Positions 36,638 through 45,148 of a DNA stretch of 57,724 nucleotides are shown piece after piece (the stretch's first letter is position 1; every line of letters begins with the position of its first letter). A program made the position numbers and the translations under genes. Under the pieces are notes generated by a model. It was not told the DNA's origin. It saw nothing but the letters and a program-made list of their open reading frames with translations, and did not search any database. The stretch is from Planctomycetota bacterium (GTDB lineage Bacteria > Planctomycetota > MHYJ01 > JACQXL01), in assembly GCA_040753835.1 (NCBI GenBank), contig JBFMDM010000002.1:1-57724 (forward strand), in the 5' to 3' direction.

Positions 36638-37465
36638 CTATGGACGGCGGCGCCTGATAATAAAGGCGCTGCTCGGGCTTCGGCGCTTGCGGGTCTTGCC
36701 GCCCTTGGCCAGTTTTCCCCAGGGTGAGCACGGATGGCGTCCGCCGCCGGACCGGCCCTCGCCGCCGCCCATCGGATGCGAGACCGGATTCTGGGCCGTG
36801 CCCCTGACCGTGGGTTTTATCCCCAGCCAACGTTTGCGTCCGGCCTTGCCCAGCCAGACCGTGGAATATTCCGGGTTGCTTACCTGCCCGATGGTGGCGC
36901 GGCACTCCACGTGCACCTTGCGGATTTCACCGCTGGGCAGTTGGAGATGCGCATACTCGCCTTCCCGGGCCATCAGTTTGGCAAACGAGCCGGCCGAGCG
37001 CACCATCTGGCCGCCCCGGCCTTTGTATAATTCCACATTATGGATAAATAACCCCAACGGGATATTTTTGATGGGCATCGTGTTGCCGTTTTTGGGCTCC
37101 ACCTTTTCGCCGGACATTAGGACCTCGCCGGCTTGGATATCCTTGGGCGCGATTATATAACGTTTTTCGCCGTCTGAATAGCAGAGCAGGGCAATAAAGG
37201 CCGTCCGGTTCGGGTCGTATTCTATGGACAGCACCCGGGCCGGGATATTGTCCTTGTCGCGCTTGAAGTCAATGATGCGATACTGGCGCCTGTTGCCTCC
37301 GCCGATATGGCGGCAGGTGACCTCGCCCTGATTATTGCGTCCGCCGGTTTTCCTGAGGGCGGAAAGCAGACGTTTTTCCGGCTCTTTCCTGGTCAGGATG
37401 GAATAATCCACCGCTGTGGCCGACCTGCGGCCCGGGCTGGTTGGTTTGTATTCTTTTAGCGCCAT
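36638..37465 (-). CDS. rplB: 50S ribosomal protein L2
   Basis: 275 aa. Contains [29 protein letters not shown]. Confidence 0.95.
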   Translation of the reverse strand: MALKEYKPTSPGRRSATAVDYSILTRKEPEKRLLSALRKTGGRNNQGEVTCRHIGGGNRRQYRIIDFKRDKDNIPARVLSIEYDPNRTAFIALLCYSDGEKRYIIAPKDIQAGEVLMSGEKVEPKNGNTMPIKNIPLGLFIHNVELYKGRGGQMVRSAGSFAKLMAREGEYAHLQLPSGEIRKVHVECRATIGQVSNPEYSTVWLGKAGRKRWLGIKPTVRGTAQNPVSHPMGGGEGRSGGGRHPCSPWGKLAKGGKTRKRRSPSSAFIIRRRRP

Positions 37466-37471
37466 ATAAAT

Positions 37472-37750
37472 TTATATTTCTATCCTGTAACCCTCTTTCA
37501 GGGTTACCATTGCCTTTTTCCAGTCGTTCCTCTGCCCCGGGCGGAATTTATATCTCTTGACCTTACCCTTGACGTTGATGGTCCGCACGCTGGCCACCTT
37601 GACCGGGAAGATGCTCTCAACAGAATGTTTTATCGTATCTTTGGTCGCTTCTTTGTCAACCATAAAAGAATAGACCATCTTCTGTTTGGCAAACTCGGTC
37701 TTTTCGGTCAGCAAGGGTTTCTTAATAACGTCGTAAGGGGACTCTTTCAT
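37472..37750 (-). CDS. rplW: 50S ribosomal protein L23
   Basis: 92 aa. YDVIKKPLLTEK...; positioned between rplD and rplB. Confidence 0.9.
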   Translation of the reverse strand: MKESPYDVIKKPLLTEKTEFAKQKMVYSFMVDKEATKDTIKHSVESIFPVKVASVRTINVKGKVKRYKFRPGQRNDWKKAMVTLKEGYRIEI

Positions 37751-37752
37751 AA

Positions 37753-38397
37753 TTATTTTCTTAGTGAAATCAGATGCTCCAGGGCGTCCTTGGTCAGCAT
37801 CAGCCGTTGGTATTTCAATACTTCATAGGCATTCAGATCCGTAACGGGCATCAACTTGACGCCCGGTATATTGCGCGCAGACAGATGCAGAGAACGTTGG
37901 GGTTCCTTTACACCCATCAGGCATTTATTCTTGGGCGTTTCCTTAGCCGGGTTTATGCCCAGTTTCCTGATGATGGCTGAAAATTCCTTGGTTCTGGGCG
38001 TTTCAATACTAAGCGAATTGATAATGGATGTTTCGTTGCCTTTGAATTTGGAGAGGAGGGCTGAATCCAGGGCCTTTGCTTTCAACTGGTGGGGGATTTG
38101 GTAGTAGAAACTTCTCGGCTTGGGGCCGAAGACCACGCCGCCGTGTTTCCAGAGCGGCGAGCGGATGGTGCCGACCCGGGCCCGGCCCGTATGCTTCTGC
38201 TTCCAGGGTTTTTTGGTGCTGCCTTCCACCTCGCCGCGGGTCTTGGTTGAGGCCGTACCCTGGCGCTGGTTGGACCGGTACATCACCACCACTTCCTGGA
38301 GGAGTTTCTTGTTGACCGTCCCGCCAAAGAGCGTCTCGTCAACCGAAACCTTGCCTACTTCCTTGCCTTCGTTGTCAAATACCTTAAGTTCTAACAT
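37753..38397 (-). CDS. rplD: 50S ribosomal protein L4
   Basis: 214 aa. Contains KPWKQKHTGRARVGTIRSPLWKHGGVVFGPKPR. Confidence 0.95.
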   Translation of the reverse strand: MLELKVFDNEGKEVGKVSVDETLFGGTVNKKLLQEVVVMYRSNQRQGTASTKTRGEVEGSTKKPWKQKHTGRARVGTIRSPLWKHGGVVFGPKPRSFYYQIPHQLKAKALDSALLSKFKGNETSIINSLSIETPRTKEFSAIIRKLGINPAKETPKNKCLMGVKEPQRSLHLSARNIPGVKLMPVTDLNAYEVLKYQRLMLTKDALEHLISLRK

Positions 38398-38400
38398 CGG

Positions 38401-39126
38401 CTATTTCTTCTCGGCCTTTTTGGGCTCTATCTTTTTCTTGGCCTTGCCCGAAACGACCGGCGCTTTCTTGACCAAACTGGTTTTATAAATCGTCACGAAC
38501 CCGTTCTTGTACCCGGGCACTGCGCCCTGGACAAAGAGCAGGTTGCGGTTCTTGTCAACCTTGATAACCTCCAGGTTTTCTACCGTGATATTATCGCATC
38601 CGTAATGGCCCGGCATATGGCGGTTGGGCCGGATATGAGTAAGGCGCGAATCGCCCGAAAGCCCGCCCGGCTGGCGCATGTTCATAGAACCGTGGCTTTC
38701 CGGTCCGCGCTTTTTGTTCCACCTCCGGACCATTCCGACAAATCCCCGGCCCCGGGTTGTGCCGGTTACGCTGACCTTATAAACGCCCTCAAAGATATCC
38801 ACCTTAATCTCATCGCCCGGCTTGAATGACTCGGCTTCCTTCTCGCCGGCCGAGCCGTCGGCCAGGCGGAATTCCCGGATAAAGCGGGGCGGGGTCTCAA
38901 TCTTGGAATGCTTCAGGTGCCCGAGGATGGCCTTGACAGTGTTCTGCTTCTTTTTGGCGTCAAAGCCGACCTGGACCGCATTATAGCCGTCCGTCTTGGC
39001 GGTTTTGACCTGCAATACCGGGCAGGGACCGGCCTTGAGCACGGTCACCGGCACCACATTGCCGTCTTCCTTGAAGACCTGGGTCATCCCCAGTTTCCTG
39101 GCCAATAATCCGGGCATTGCTTGCAT
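38401..39126 (-). CDS. rplC: 50S ribosomal protein L3
   Basis: 241 aa. GLLARKLGMTQVF...; Lys-rich tail. A start three codons downstream (39117) is also possible. Confidence 0.93.
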   Translation of the reverse strand: MQAMPGLLARKLGMTQVFKEDGNVVPVTVLKAGPCPVLQVKTAKTDGYNAVQVGFDAKKKQNTVKAILGHLKHSKIETPPRFIREFRLADGSAGEKEAESFKPGDEIKVDIFEGVYKVSVTGTTRGRGFVGMVRRWNKKRGPESHGSMNMRQPGGLSGDSRLTHIRPNRHMPGHYGCDNITVENLEVIKVDKNRNLLFVQGAVPGYKNGFVTIYKTSLVKKAPVVSGKAKKKIEPKKAEKK

Positions 39127-39161
39127 TGTAGCACACAGTAGGCGTTTACCGCCCGCTCCTT

Positions 39162-39216
39162 AGAACCTGTTAGACCTTTGGTCTTACAGGTTCTTAAATC
39201 CCGCCTTCGGCGGGAT
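39162..39216 (-). repeat. TAAC-type hairpin element (rpsJ-rplC spacer), consensus orientation on the minus strand
   Basis: The minus strand reads ATCCCGCC-gaag-GGCGGGAT-tta-AGAACCTG-TAA-GACC-aaa-GGTC-TAA-CAGGTTCT. The architecture matches copies A-E, with compensatory changes in the outer stem. Confidence 0.75.
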
Positions 39217-39222
39217 TACCTT

Positions 39223-39525
39223 TTATATTAATTTTATCTGGATATCAACGCCGCTGGGTACGTTAAGGTTCTTAAGCGCCTCGGTGGTCTGGGCAGTCGG
39301 GTCTACCAGTTCAATCAGTCGCTTATGGGTCCGGATTTCAAACTGTTCCCGGGCCTTCTTGTCCACATGGGGTGAACGTAGAACCGTATAACGTTCAATA
39401 TCGGTCGGCAGGGGGATGGGTCCGGATATCTTGGTTCCGCCCTTCTTGACCGTATTGACAATCTCGCCTACGGTCTGGTCCAGGACCGTATGGTCATACG
39501 AGCGCAGTTTTATTCGCACTAACAT
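39223..39525 (-). CDS. rpsJ: 30S ribosomal protein S10
   Basis: 100 aa. [37 protein letters not shown]. Confidence 0.95.
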   Translation of the reverse strand: MLVRIKLRSYDHTVLDQTVGEIVNTVKKGGTKISGPIPLPTDIERYTVLRSPHVDKKAREQFEIRTHKRLIELVDPTAQTTEALKNLNVPSGVDIQIKLI

Positions 39526-39572
39526 AGTTCCCTGTCTTTCTTTCCGTTCTTCAGGAACGAAAAGGGTTTTTT

Positions 39573-39601
39573 CTTATACCCAAAATCGTATTAACTGTCA
39601 A
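39573..39601 (-). promoter_or_regulatory. candidate S10-operon promoter
   Basis: Minus strand: TTGACA (39601-39596), 17-nt spacer, TATAAG (39578-39573), about 50 nt upstream of the rpsJ ATG. Confidence 0.55.
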
Positions 39602-39677
39602 TATAATTTGATATTTTTCAATAAAATATCTGTTTTATCTATGAACCAGTTAAATTCGCTCGGGATAGATTATTTAC

Positions 39678-39705
39678 TTGATTTTTGCCCGGAGATTGTT
39701 ATAAT
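39678..39705 (+). promoter_or_regulatory. candidate promoter for the 39753 gene (extended -10)
   Basis: TTGATT (39678-39683), 16-nt spacer ending in TGT, TATAAT (39700-39705). Confidence 0.5.
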
Positions 39706-39752
39706 AAGCATTAAGCATATAACATAATCTTAGTTTAATAAGGAGGTGGATT

Positions 39753-40694
39753 ATGAAGAGCGTGATATTGCTTCTTGCCGCCCTATCCGTGGCGTCCATT
39801 TTGGGCGGATGCATCATTTATACGCCGCCTGACCCGGACGGCCCGGATTTTTACAGCCCGGCCATACGATATAACCCACCGCCGGCCCTGGTGGAAATCG
39901 TCCACTCGGATATTGAATGGCTGGTCTGGGAATACTACGACTGGGACTATGACATTGTCTACGACCTGCGCTACCGGTATAAATATACCCCGGACGAGGT
40001 GGCGCTGATACTCTTTCTGGCGTATCACGGACGGGTAGAGCCCATCCGCATCGTCCAGTGGCGCCAGGCCAATACCCCCTGGATGACCATAACCACCTAT
40101 CACCTGCGGCTCCAGCCGGATATCTTCTTCGTGCCGGTCTCAACGGCCTACCAATTCGGGCCGCCCTACGGCCACGCCTACGGCCGTTACTGGAAAAACC
40201 CCAAGGCCGTGGTCCTAAGCGACGACGAGATGATTAACCTGGTCTATCTCAAGACCACCTGCCAGGCCTACAACGTCTCGCCGGTTGAGGTCATCAAACT
40301 GCGCGAGCAGGGCCGGGACTTTAACCAGATTGTTTGGGTGCATCGGAGCGAGGGTAGACACATCAAAACCACCCGGGGCCGGGAAATCCAGGAACCGCCG
40401 GCAAAGATAAAGATGCAGCCGGTTGTTTATGATAAGGATAAGGACAAGGGAAAGATTATATCCGGAGCCATGGACAGGATGGAAAGAGCCCAGGAAGGCG
40501 AGCCGGAAAAGGGCAAACCCGGACTGCGTCCGGGCGTAAACGATGGCATCGGTTCCGGGAACAAAGAGGACAATCCCGTGGATAGTTCCGCTGAAAGGGA
40601 CAAACCAAAGACAGATAAAGATAAGCCATCCAAGGACAAGGGTAAAGATAAACCGTCTAAAGACAAAGGTGGCAAGGGTAAAAAGGATAAATAA
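39753..40694 (+). CDS. lipoprotein of unknown function with Lys/Asp-rich repetitive tail
   Basis: 313 aa. Lipobox-like LGGC. The C-terminus is DKPKTDKDKPSKDKGKDKPSKDKGGKGKKDK. Confidence 0.65.
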   Translation: MKSVILLLAALSVASILGGCIIYTPPDPDGPDFYSPAIRYNPPPALVEIVHSDIEWLVWEYYDWDYDIVYDLRYRYKYTPDEVALILFLAYHGRVEPIRIVQWRQANTPWMTITTYHLRLQPDIFFVPVSTAYQFGPPYGHAYGRYWKNPKAVVLSDDEMINLVYLKTTCQAYNVSPVEVIKLREQGRDFNQIVWVHRSEGRHIKTTRGREIQEPPAKIKMQPVVYDKDKDKGKIISGAMDRMERAQEGEPEKGKPGLRPGVNDGIGSGNKEDNPVDSSAERDKPKTDKDKPSKDKGKDKPSKDKGGKGKKDK

Positions 40695-40740
40695 GATAGG
40701 TTTAATTATTCGTCATTAATCATTGGATATTAGGCATTCG

Positions 40741-41697
40741 CTACTGTTTTTTCCTGGCAAAGGCCTTCTTGGCCGCCTTGATGATGTCTTCGCTGGTGAG
40801 GCGGTATTCCTTCATTAGTTCATCCGGCTCGCCGGACTGGCCGAAGCGGTCCTTGATGGCCACCATCTCCAGGGGCGCGGGGCAATTGGCCGCCAGGATA
40901 TCGGCCACTGCGCTGCCCAGGCCGCCGGTTGCCAGGTGTTCCTCTGCCGTGACGATGGCGCCGGTCTTTTTGGCGTAGGAGATAATCCGCTCCTCGTCCA
41001 GGGGTTTGATACTGTAGGCATTGATGACCGTTGCTTTGATGCCTTCCTTGATGAGCGTCTCGGCCGCATTCAGGGCCGGAGCGACCATCACTCCGCAGGC
41101 GATGATAGTTGCATCCGCGCCTTCCTTGAGGACATTGAATTTGCCGATGACGAATGAGTCGGTGAGTTGGGTGATGATGGGAATCTTGAGCCGGGCCAGG
41201 CGTACGTAGACCGGACCTTTGTATTCAGAGGCGGCAAAGAGCGCCTTGGGCGTTTCCACGGCATCACACGGAACCAGCACCGTCATTCCCGGAATCATCC
41301 GCATTAGCGCGATGTCCTCAATGCCCTGGTGCGAGGCACCGTCCGGACCGACCGAGATGCCTCCGTGCGTGGCTATAATCTTCACATTGAGATTGCCATA
41401 GGCAATGGTGTTGCGAATCTGCTCCCAAGCCCGGCCTGAGGCGAAGATGGCGAATGTCGTGGCAAAGGGAATCTTGCCTGCCGCGGCCAGCCCGGCCGCG
41501 GTGTTCATCATATTGGCCTCGGCGATTCCCATATTGAAGAATCGCTCTGGGAACACCTTGCCGAAATCCTCGGCCTTGGTTGAGCCGGCCAGGTCGGCTG
41601 AGAGGACCACGATGTCCTTATTGGCTCTGCCCAGTTCCACCAGGGCATTGCCGCAGGCCTCACGGGTGCATTTTAATTCTGGCATAATAACCACCAA
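40741..41697 (-). CDS. transketolase, C-terminal (pyrimidine-binding) subunit
   Basis: 318 aa. Motifs: FNMGIAEANMMNTAAGLA, THGGISVGPDGASHQ. Confidence 0.9.
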   Translation of the reverse strand: MVVIMPELKCTREACGNALVELGRANKDIVVLSADLAGSTKAEDFGKVFPERFFNMGIAEANMMNTAAGLAAAGKIPFATTFAIFASGRAWEQIRNTIAYGNLNVKIIATHGGISVGPDGASHQGIEDIALMRMIPGMTVLVPCDAVETPKALFAASEYKGPVYVRLARLKIPIITQLTDSFVIGKFNVLKEGADATIIACGVMVAPALNAAETLIKEGIKATVINAYSIKPLDEERIISYAKKTGAIVTAEEHLATGGLGSAVADILAANCPAPLEMVAIKDRFGQSGEPDELMKEYRLTSEDIIKAAKKAFARKKQ

Positions 41698-41699
41698 GT

Positions 41700-41766
41700 G
41701 TCATTCCCGCGAAAGCGGGAATCCATTAATTTAAGGTCGTAGATTCCGCATCAAGTGCGGAATGAC
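41700..41766. repeat. pair of GTCATTCC-type palindromes in the transketolase subunit spacer
   Basis: GTCATTCCCGC-gaaa-GCGGGAAT (41700-41722) and ATTCCGCA-tcaag-TGCGGAATGAC (41743-41766). Related GTCATTCC/GGAATGAC arms occur at 32279-32390. Confidence 0.7.
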
Positions 41767-41770
41767 AATT

Positions 41771-42595
41771 TTATTGCAATTCCCTTAATGCCGCCTCCAC
41801 CTGCTGCGGATTGGGCGCCTTGCCGTGCCACTCGTGCCTGTTCTCCATAAACGAAACCCCCTTGCCTTTGACGGTCTTGCAGACAATCATCGTGGGCTTG
41901 CCCTTGATTGTCTCGGCCTTGTCCAGCGCCGCGATTATCTCTTCTATATTATGGCCGTCCACGGTGATGACGTTCCAGCCGAAGGCGGCCCACTTGTCAG
42001 CCAGAGGCAGGGGAGACATCACCTTTTCTATTGGGCCGTCAATCTGCAGCCCGTTAAAATCAAGCAGGGCGCAGAGGTTGTCAAGTTTATAGTGCGCCGC
42101 GGACATCGCCGCCTCCCAGACCTGGCCTTCCTGACATTCGCCGTCGCCCAGGAGCGCATAGACCCGCCAGGGTTTATTGTCAAGTTTGCCGGCCATAGCA
42201 ATGCCGTTGGAGATGGAGAGTCCTTGACCTAATGAACCGCTGGACATCTCCACGCCAGGCGTGCGTTTCATATCCGGATGGCCTTGGAGGGTAGAGCCCA
42301 TCTTGCGCAGGGAATCAAGTTCCTTAACCTGGAAGAATCCGACCTCGGCCAGGGCGGCATACCAGACCGGCGCGGCGTGGCCCTTGGACATCAGGAATCG
42401 GTCCCGGTCCGGCCATTTGGGCTCTTTGTGATTGATGCGCAGTTTATGGAAATAAAGCGCCACGAGGATTTCCACGGCTGAGAGCGAGCCGCCCGGATGG
42501 CCTGAGCCGGCCTTGCCTATCATCCGGATGATGTGCTGGCGGATGACTTTGGCTCTGGATTGGAGCGATGCTATTTTGTCGGATGAGAGAGCCAT
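41771..42595 (-). CDS. transketolase, N-terminal (TPP-binding) subunit
   Basis: 274 aa. Motifs: GSGHPGGSLSAVEIL, SKGHAAP, LGDGECQEGQVWEA. Confidence 0.9.
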   Translation of the reverse strand: MALSSDKIASLQSRAKVIRQHIIRMIGKAGSGHPGGSLSAVEILVALYFHKLRINHKEPKWPDRDRFLMSKGHAAPVWYAALAEVGFFQVKELDSLRKMGSTLQGHPDMKRTPGVEMSSGSLGQGLSISNGIAMAGKLDNKPWRVYALLGDGECQEGQVWEAAMSAAHYKLDNLCALLDFNGLQIDGPIEKVMSPLPLADKWAAFGWNVITVDGHNIEEIIAALDKAETIKGKPTMIVCKTVKGKGVSFMENRHEWHGKAPNPQQVEAALRELQ

Positions 42596-42601
42596 AAAAG
42601 G

Positions 42602-42859
42602 TTAAAACCCTTTATCTAATAATTTTAGTTTCGTTTCCCGCGGCCATCCTTGGATTTCCATCTCCCGTTTCCGGGCCGAGGATTTATCAGGATATTTTTC
42701 CCGATAGACCAATCTAACCGGTACTCGCGTCCGGGTATATTTGGCGCCCTCGCCTGAATTATGTTCTTTAATCCTTTCCGGGATATCGTTGGTTATGCCT
42801 GTATAAAGCGAATCATCCCTGCAACGGAGGATATAGACGAACCAGGGACGATTGTTCAT
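42602..42859 (-). CDS. GIY-YIG nuclease-family protein
   Basis: WFVYILRCRDDSLYTGITNDIPERIKEHN...R..E...K. The start is set at Met17 of the track ORF (MNNRPW...), because the first 16 codons lie in repeat copy D. Confidence 0.8.
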   Translation of the reverse strand: MNNRPWFVYILRCRDDSLYTGITNDIPERIKEHNSGEGAKYTRTRVPVRLVYREKYPDKSSARKREMEIQGWPRETKLKLLDKGF

Positions 42860-42868
42860 TGTTATAGG

Positions 42869-42926
42869 AGTCCCGCCTTCGGCGGGATTAAGAGCCAGTA
42901 ACGACATTTGGTCTAACTGGCTCTAA
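42869..42926. repeat. TAAC-hairpin element, copy D (abuts the tRNA-Phe 3-prime end)
   Basis: GTCCCGCC-ttcg-GGCGGGAT-t-AAGAGCCAG-TAAC-GAC-attt-GGTC-TAA-CTGGCTCTAA. Confidence 0.8.
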
Positions 42927-42927
42927 G

Positions 42928-42999
42928 TGGGCAGGGCCGGGGTCGAACCGGCGACACGTGGATTTTCAGTCCACTGCTCTACCACTGAGCTACCTACCC
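42928..42999 (-). tRNA. tRNA-Phe (GAA)
   Basis: Minus strand: GGGTAGG TA GCTC AGTGGTA GAGC A GTGGA CTGAAAA TCCAC GTGTC GCCGG TTCGACC CCGGC CCTGCCC A. This gives a full cloverleaf with anticodon loop CU-GAA-AA. CCA is not encoded. Confidence 0.9.
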
Positions 43000-43028
43000 A
43001 GTTCAGGATATTAGGAAATCAGGGACAA

Positions 43029-43775
43029 TTAATTATTCAACTTCCTCAGTGCGCCCAGGGCGGTCTTGATGCATTTGAGTTCCGCCTGTTTCTTGAGCGC
43101 CTCGTTTATTATACTGTATTTCACCCGGTTAATAAAGACCGTGCAGATACTGCCGGCCCGGTAGTTCTTTAAACTGGCCAGGGTCAACAGGGTGCTGGTC
43201 TCCATTTCAAAGTTGAGAATCCCAATCTTGCCGAAGTACCTGGCGATATCCGGAGTCAGGACCGGGAAGCCGCCTACCGAACGGCCCTGGGCTGCATAGA
43301 ATCCCGGTGCCGTGGCGGTTAGGCCCGTGTGATATTTATGCTTCATCTCGTCCGCGGTCTCTTCCAGGGCCCGGATGACCTGATGGTGCGCCACAGCCGG
43401 ATAACCCTCGGGCACGAAGAAGAGCGAGGTGTTCTCCAGGCGCAGGGCCGCCGAAGAAATAATCAAATCACCCACAGCAGTATGCCTCTGCAATCCGCCG
43501 CAGGAGCCAACCCTTAATATAGTCAGGTCCCTGGCAATCTGCGAGAGTTCTATCAGGGCAATCTCGGTATTGGCCGGGCCAATGCCCGTAGCCATCACCG
43601 AGACCGGCAGTCCTTTATAAGAGCCGGTATAGGTCATGAACTCGCGGTTGTGCCGCTTGAGTTTAATCCTGTTAAAGAGTTTAGATGTCTTCTCAGCCCT
43701 GGAATAGTCGCCGCAGAGCAGGACGTTAGGCGCCACCTCGCCCCGGCTCAGCGCGATATGGTATTGCCGCGCCAT
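43029..43775 (-). CDS. udp: uridine-phosphorylase-like nucleoside phosphorylase (PNP_UDP_1 family)
   Basis: 248 aa. YHIALSRGEVAPNVLLCGDYSRAEK, ATGIGPANTEIALIEL, LRVGSCGG, FEMETSTLLTLA. Collinear with my recollection of E. coli Udp. Confidence 0.7.
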   Translation of the reverse strand: MARQYHIALSRGEVAPNVLLCGDYSRAEKTSKLFNRIKLKRHNREFMTYTGSYKGLPVSVMATGIGPANTEIALIELSQIARDLTILRVGSCGGLQRHTAVGDLIISSAALRLENTSLFFVPEGYPAVAHHQVIRALEETADEMKHKYHTGLTATAPGFYAAQGRSVGGFPVLTPDIARYFGKIGILNFEMETSTLLTLASLKNYRAGSICTVFINRVKYSIINEALKKQAELKCIKTALGALRKLNN

Positions 43776-43915
43776 AAAATTATCACCTCTCTATAATCAA
43801 CTTTTATTGGGAAAAGGAAAAGCATTAAAGATATTATCAACCGGTTAGTCAACCAAAAATATATATTTTGTGGGAAATATAATTCGGGCAGGCAATAACT
43901 ACCAGACCTTTAAGA

Positions 43916-44824
43916 TTATTTGATTCTGATAAAATCGTTCCGGTCCATGTTGAGTTTGGCGAAGAGCGGCGAGATTTTCCTTATGAACCTCCGGCTGTCC
44001 GAATGATAGCCGCTGGTGGGCTTAAGCGACTGGATATGCGACCGGAAAAAGCGGTTGAGTTTGAACATAGACAGTTCACGGTGATACTTGGAAAAGATTG
44101 AAGCCAGGGCAATGACGAATTCTGACGCATCGCCGTCCCTGATAAAACTGATTGCCGCATCGGGTAGCGGCCCATCTTCTATTATATACGACGAACGATT
44201 GAATCCCTGCTCCACCGGGCGGACTGTTCTATGCGGGAAAAGCCGCTGAAGGTGCGGCAGATAATAATTCCGGCCGCCCTGCTTGCCGGCACGGATGATA
44301 ACCTTGTTATTGTACTTATATTTATCAACGCAGTGTTTAATCAGGTTAGCCGAGACCTCCCAGAGGAAATCGGCTTTGTTTCCGAGTCGCCTGATACCAT
44401 GATTAAAGTCCGCCGGCTCAATAATATCAACCTTGGCTTCGCAGAATCTGATGGAACGATGATTAAGTTCTGATTGGAGTATTCGGGAGAACTTATTTAT
44501 TTCATTGTTATCAGCCGATAGCGGAAGGGATAGTTCATCGTGAACGCAATAACCGGGTTCAATCATACGTCTGAATACCAAGGCGGTCTTCTCCAGTTCG
44601 CGCAGACCTCTGGCCGGATTATAGAGCGCCTTGCTGTCACAGACCGTCACCTTGGCGCTTGAGCGGTTGTTGGCAACGATATGGGAAAGCGTTTTCCAGA
44701 GGCAGGCAACCTGTTGGTTTGCGAGCAGGTTATCCGGCAGTTCCAGGACGGCTGCGCTGACCACGAGCGGGCCTAACTGCGGGCCGTAACCGGCTTCGTC
44801 AATCCCGACCAGATGAAATGGCAT
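43916..44824 (-). CDS. divergent type-2 RNase H (RNase HII)-like protein with a large insertion
   Basis: 302 aa. GIDEAGYGPQLGPLVVSAAV (DEAG motif), VCDSKAL (DSK motif), RDGDASEFVIALASIFSKYHRE (compare KAD....VAAASI.AK..RD) and TSGYHSDSRRF (compare GSGYPSD). About 100 extra residues lie between the DSK and D motifs. Confidence 0.55.
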   Translation of the reverse strand: MPFHLVGIDEAGYGPQLGPLVVSAAVLELPDNLLANQQVACLWKTLSHIVANNRSSAKVTVCDSKALYNPARGLRELEKTALVFRRMIEPGYCVHDELSLPLSADNNEINKFSRILQSELNHRSIRFCEAKVDIIEPADFNHGIRRLGNKADFLWEVSANLIKHCVDKYKYNNKVIIRAGKQGGRNYYLPHLQRLFPHRTVRPVEQGFNRSSYIIEDGPLPDAAISFIRDGDASEFVIALASIFSKYHRELSMFKLNRFFRSHIQSLKPTSGYHSDSRRFIRKISPLFAKLNMDRNDFIRIK

Positions 44825-44827
44825 AGG

Positions 44828-45148
44828 TTAGCGTGACAGGTAAACGACAATTATAATGAGGTATAACGCCAGGACAAAGGCATTCAGCCCCAGTCCAATC
44901 AAGGGCAGGGTTTTCTTGCGTCCCGGCTGGGCAATACCCTTGAAACCGCCAGCCAGGCCGAAGATGATGATTGCCAGATTAAAACAGGCCAAGACAGCCA
45001 GCAGGACCTTGTGCGGATATTCCAACTGGTTATCAACCCGGAAGAAGAGCCAGAGTGTGGTGTTAAGCAGGAAGATACAAATGGCCAGAGAGCCAAGGAC
45101 AGTGGATGTGATTCCGTGCCCGCTATGTTGCACCATCGGCTGTTTCAT
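44828..45148 (-). CDS. small integral membrane protein
   Basis: 106 aa with three or four hydrophobic helices. The stop sits 3 nt upstream of the next gene's start codon, and the start overlaps the upstream stop. Confidence 0.6.
   Translation of the reverse strand: MKQPMVQHSGHGITSTVLGSLAICIFLLNTTLWLFFRVDNQLEYPHKVLLAVLACFNLAIIIFGLAGGFKGIAQPGRKKTLPLIGLGLNAFVLALYLIIIVVYLSR

Noticed and set aside
42927-43172. 81-aa plus-strand ORF.
   Set aside because: It begins inside tRNA-Phe on the opposite strand and then runs antisense to the uridine-phosphorylase-like gene.
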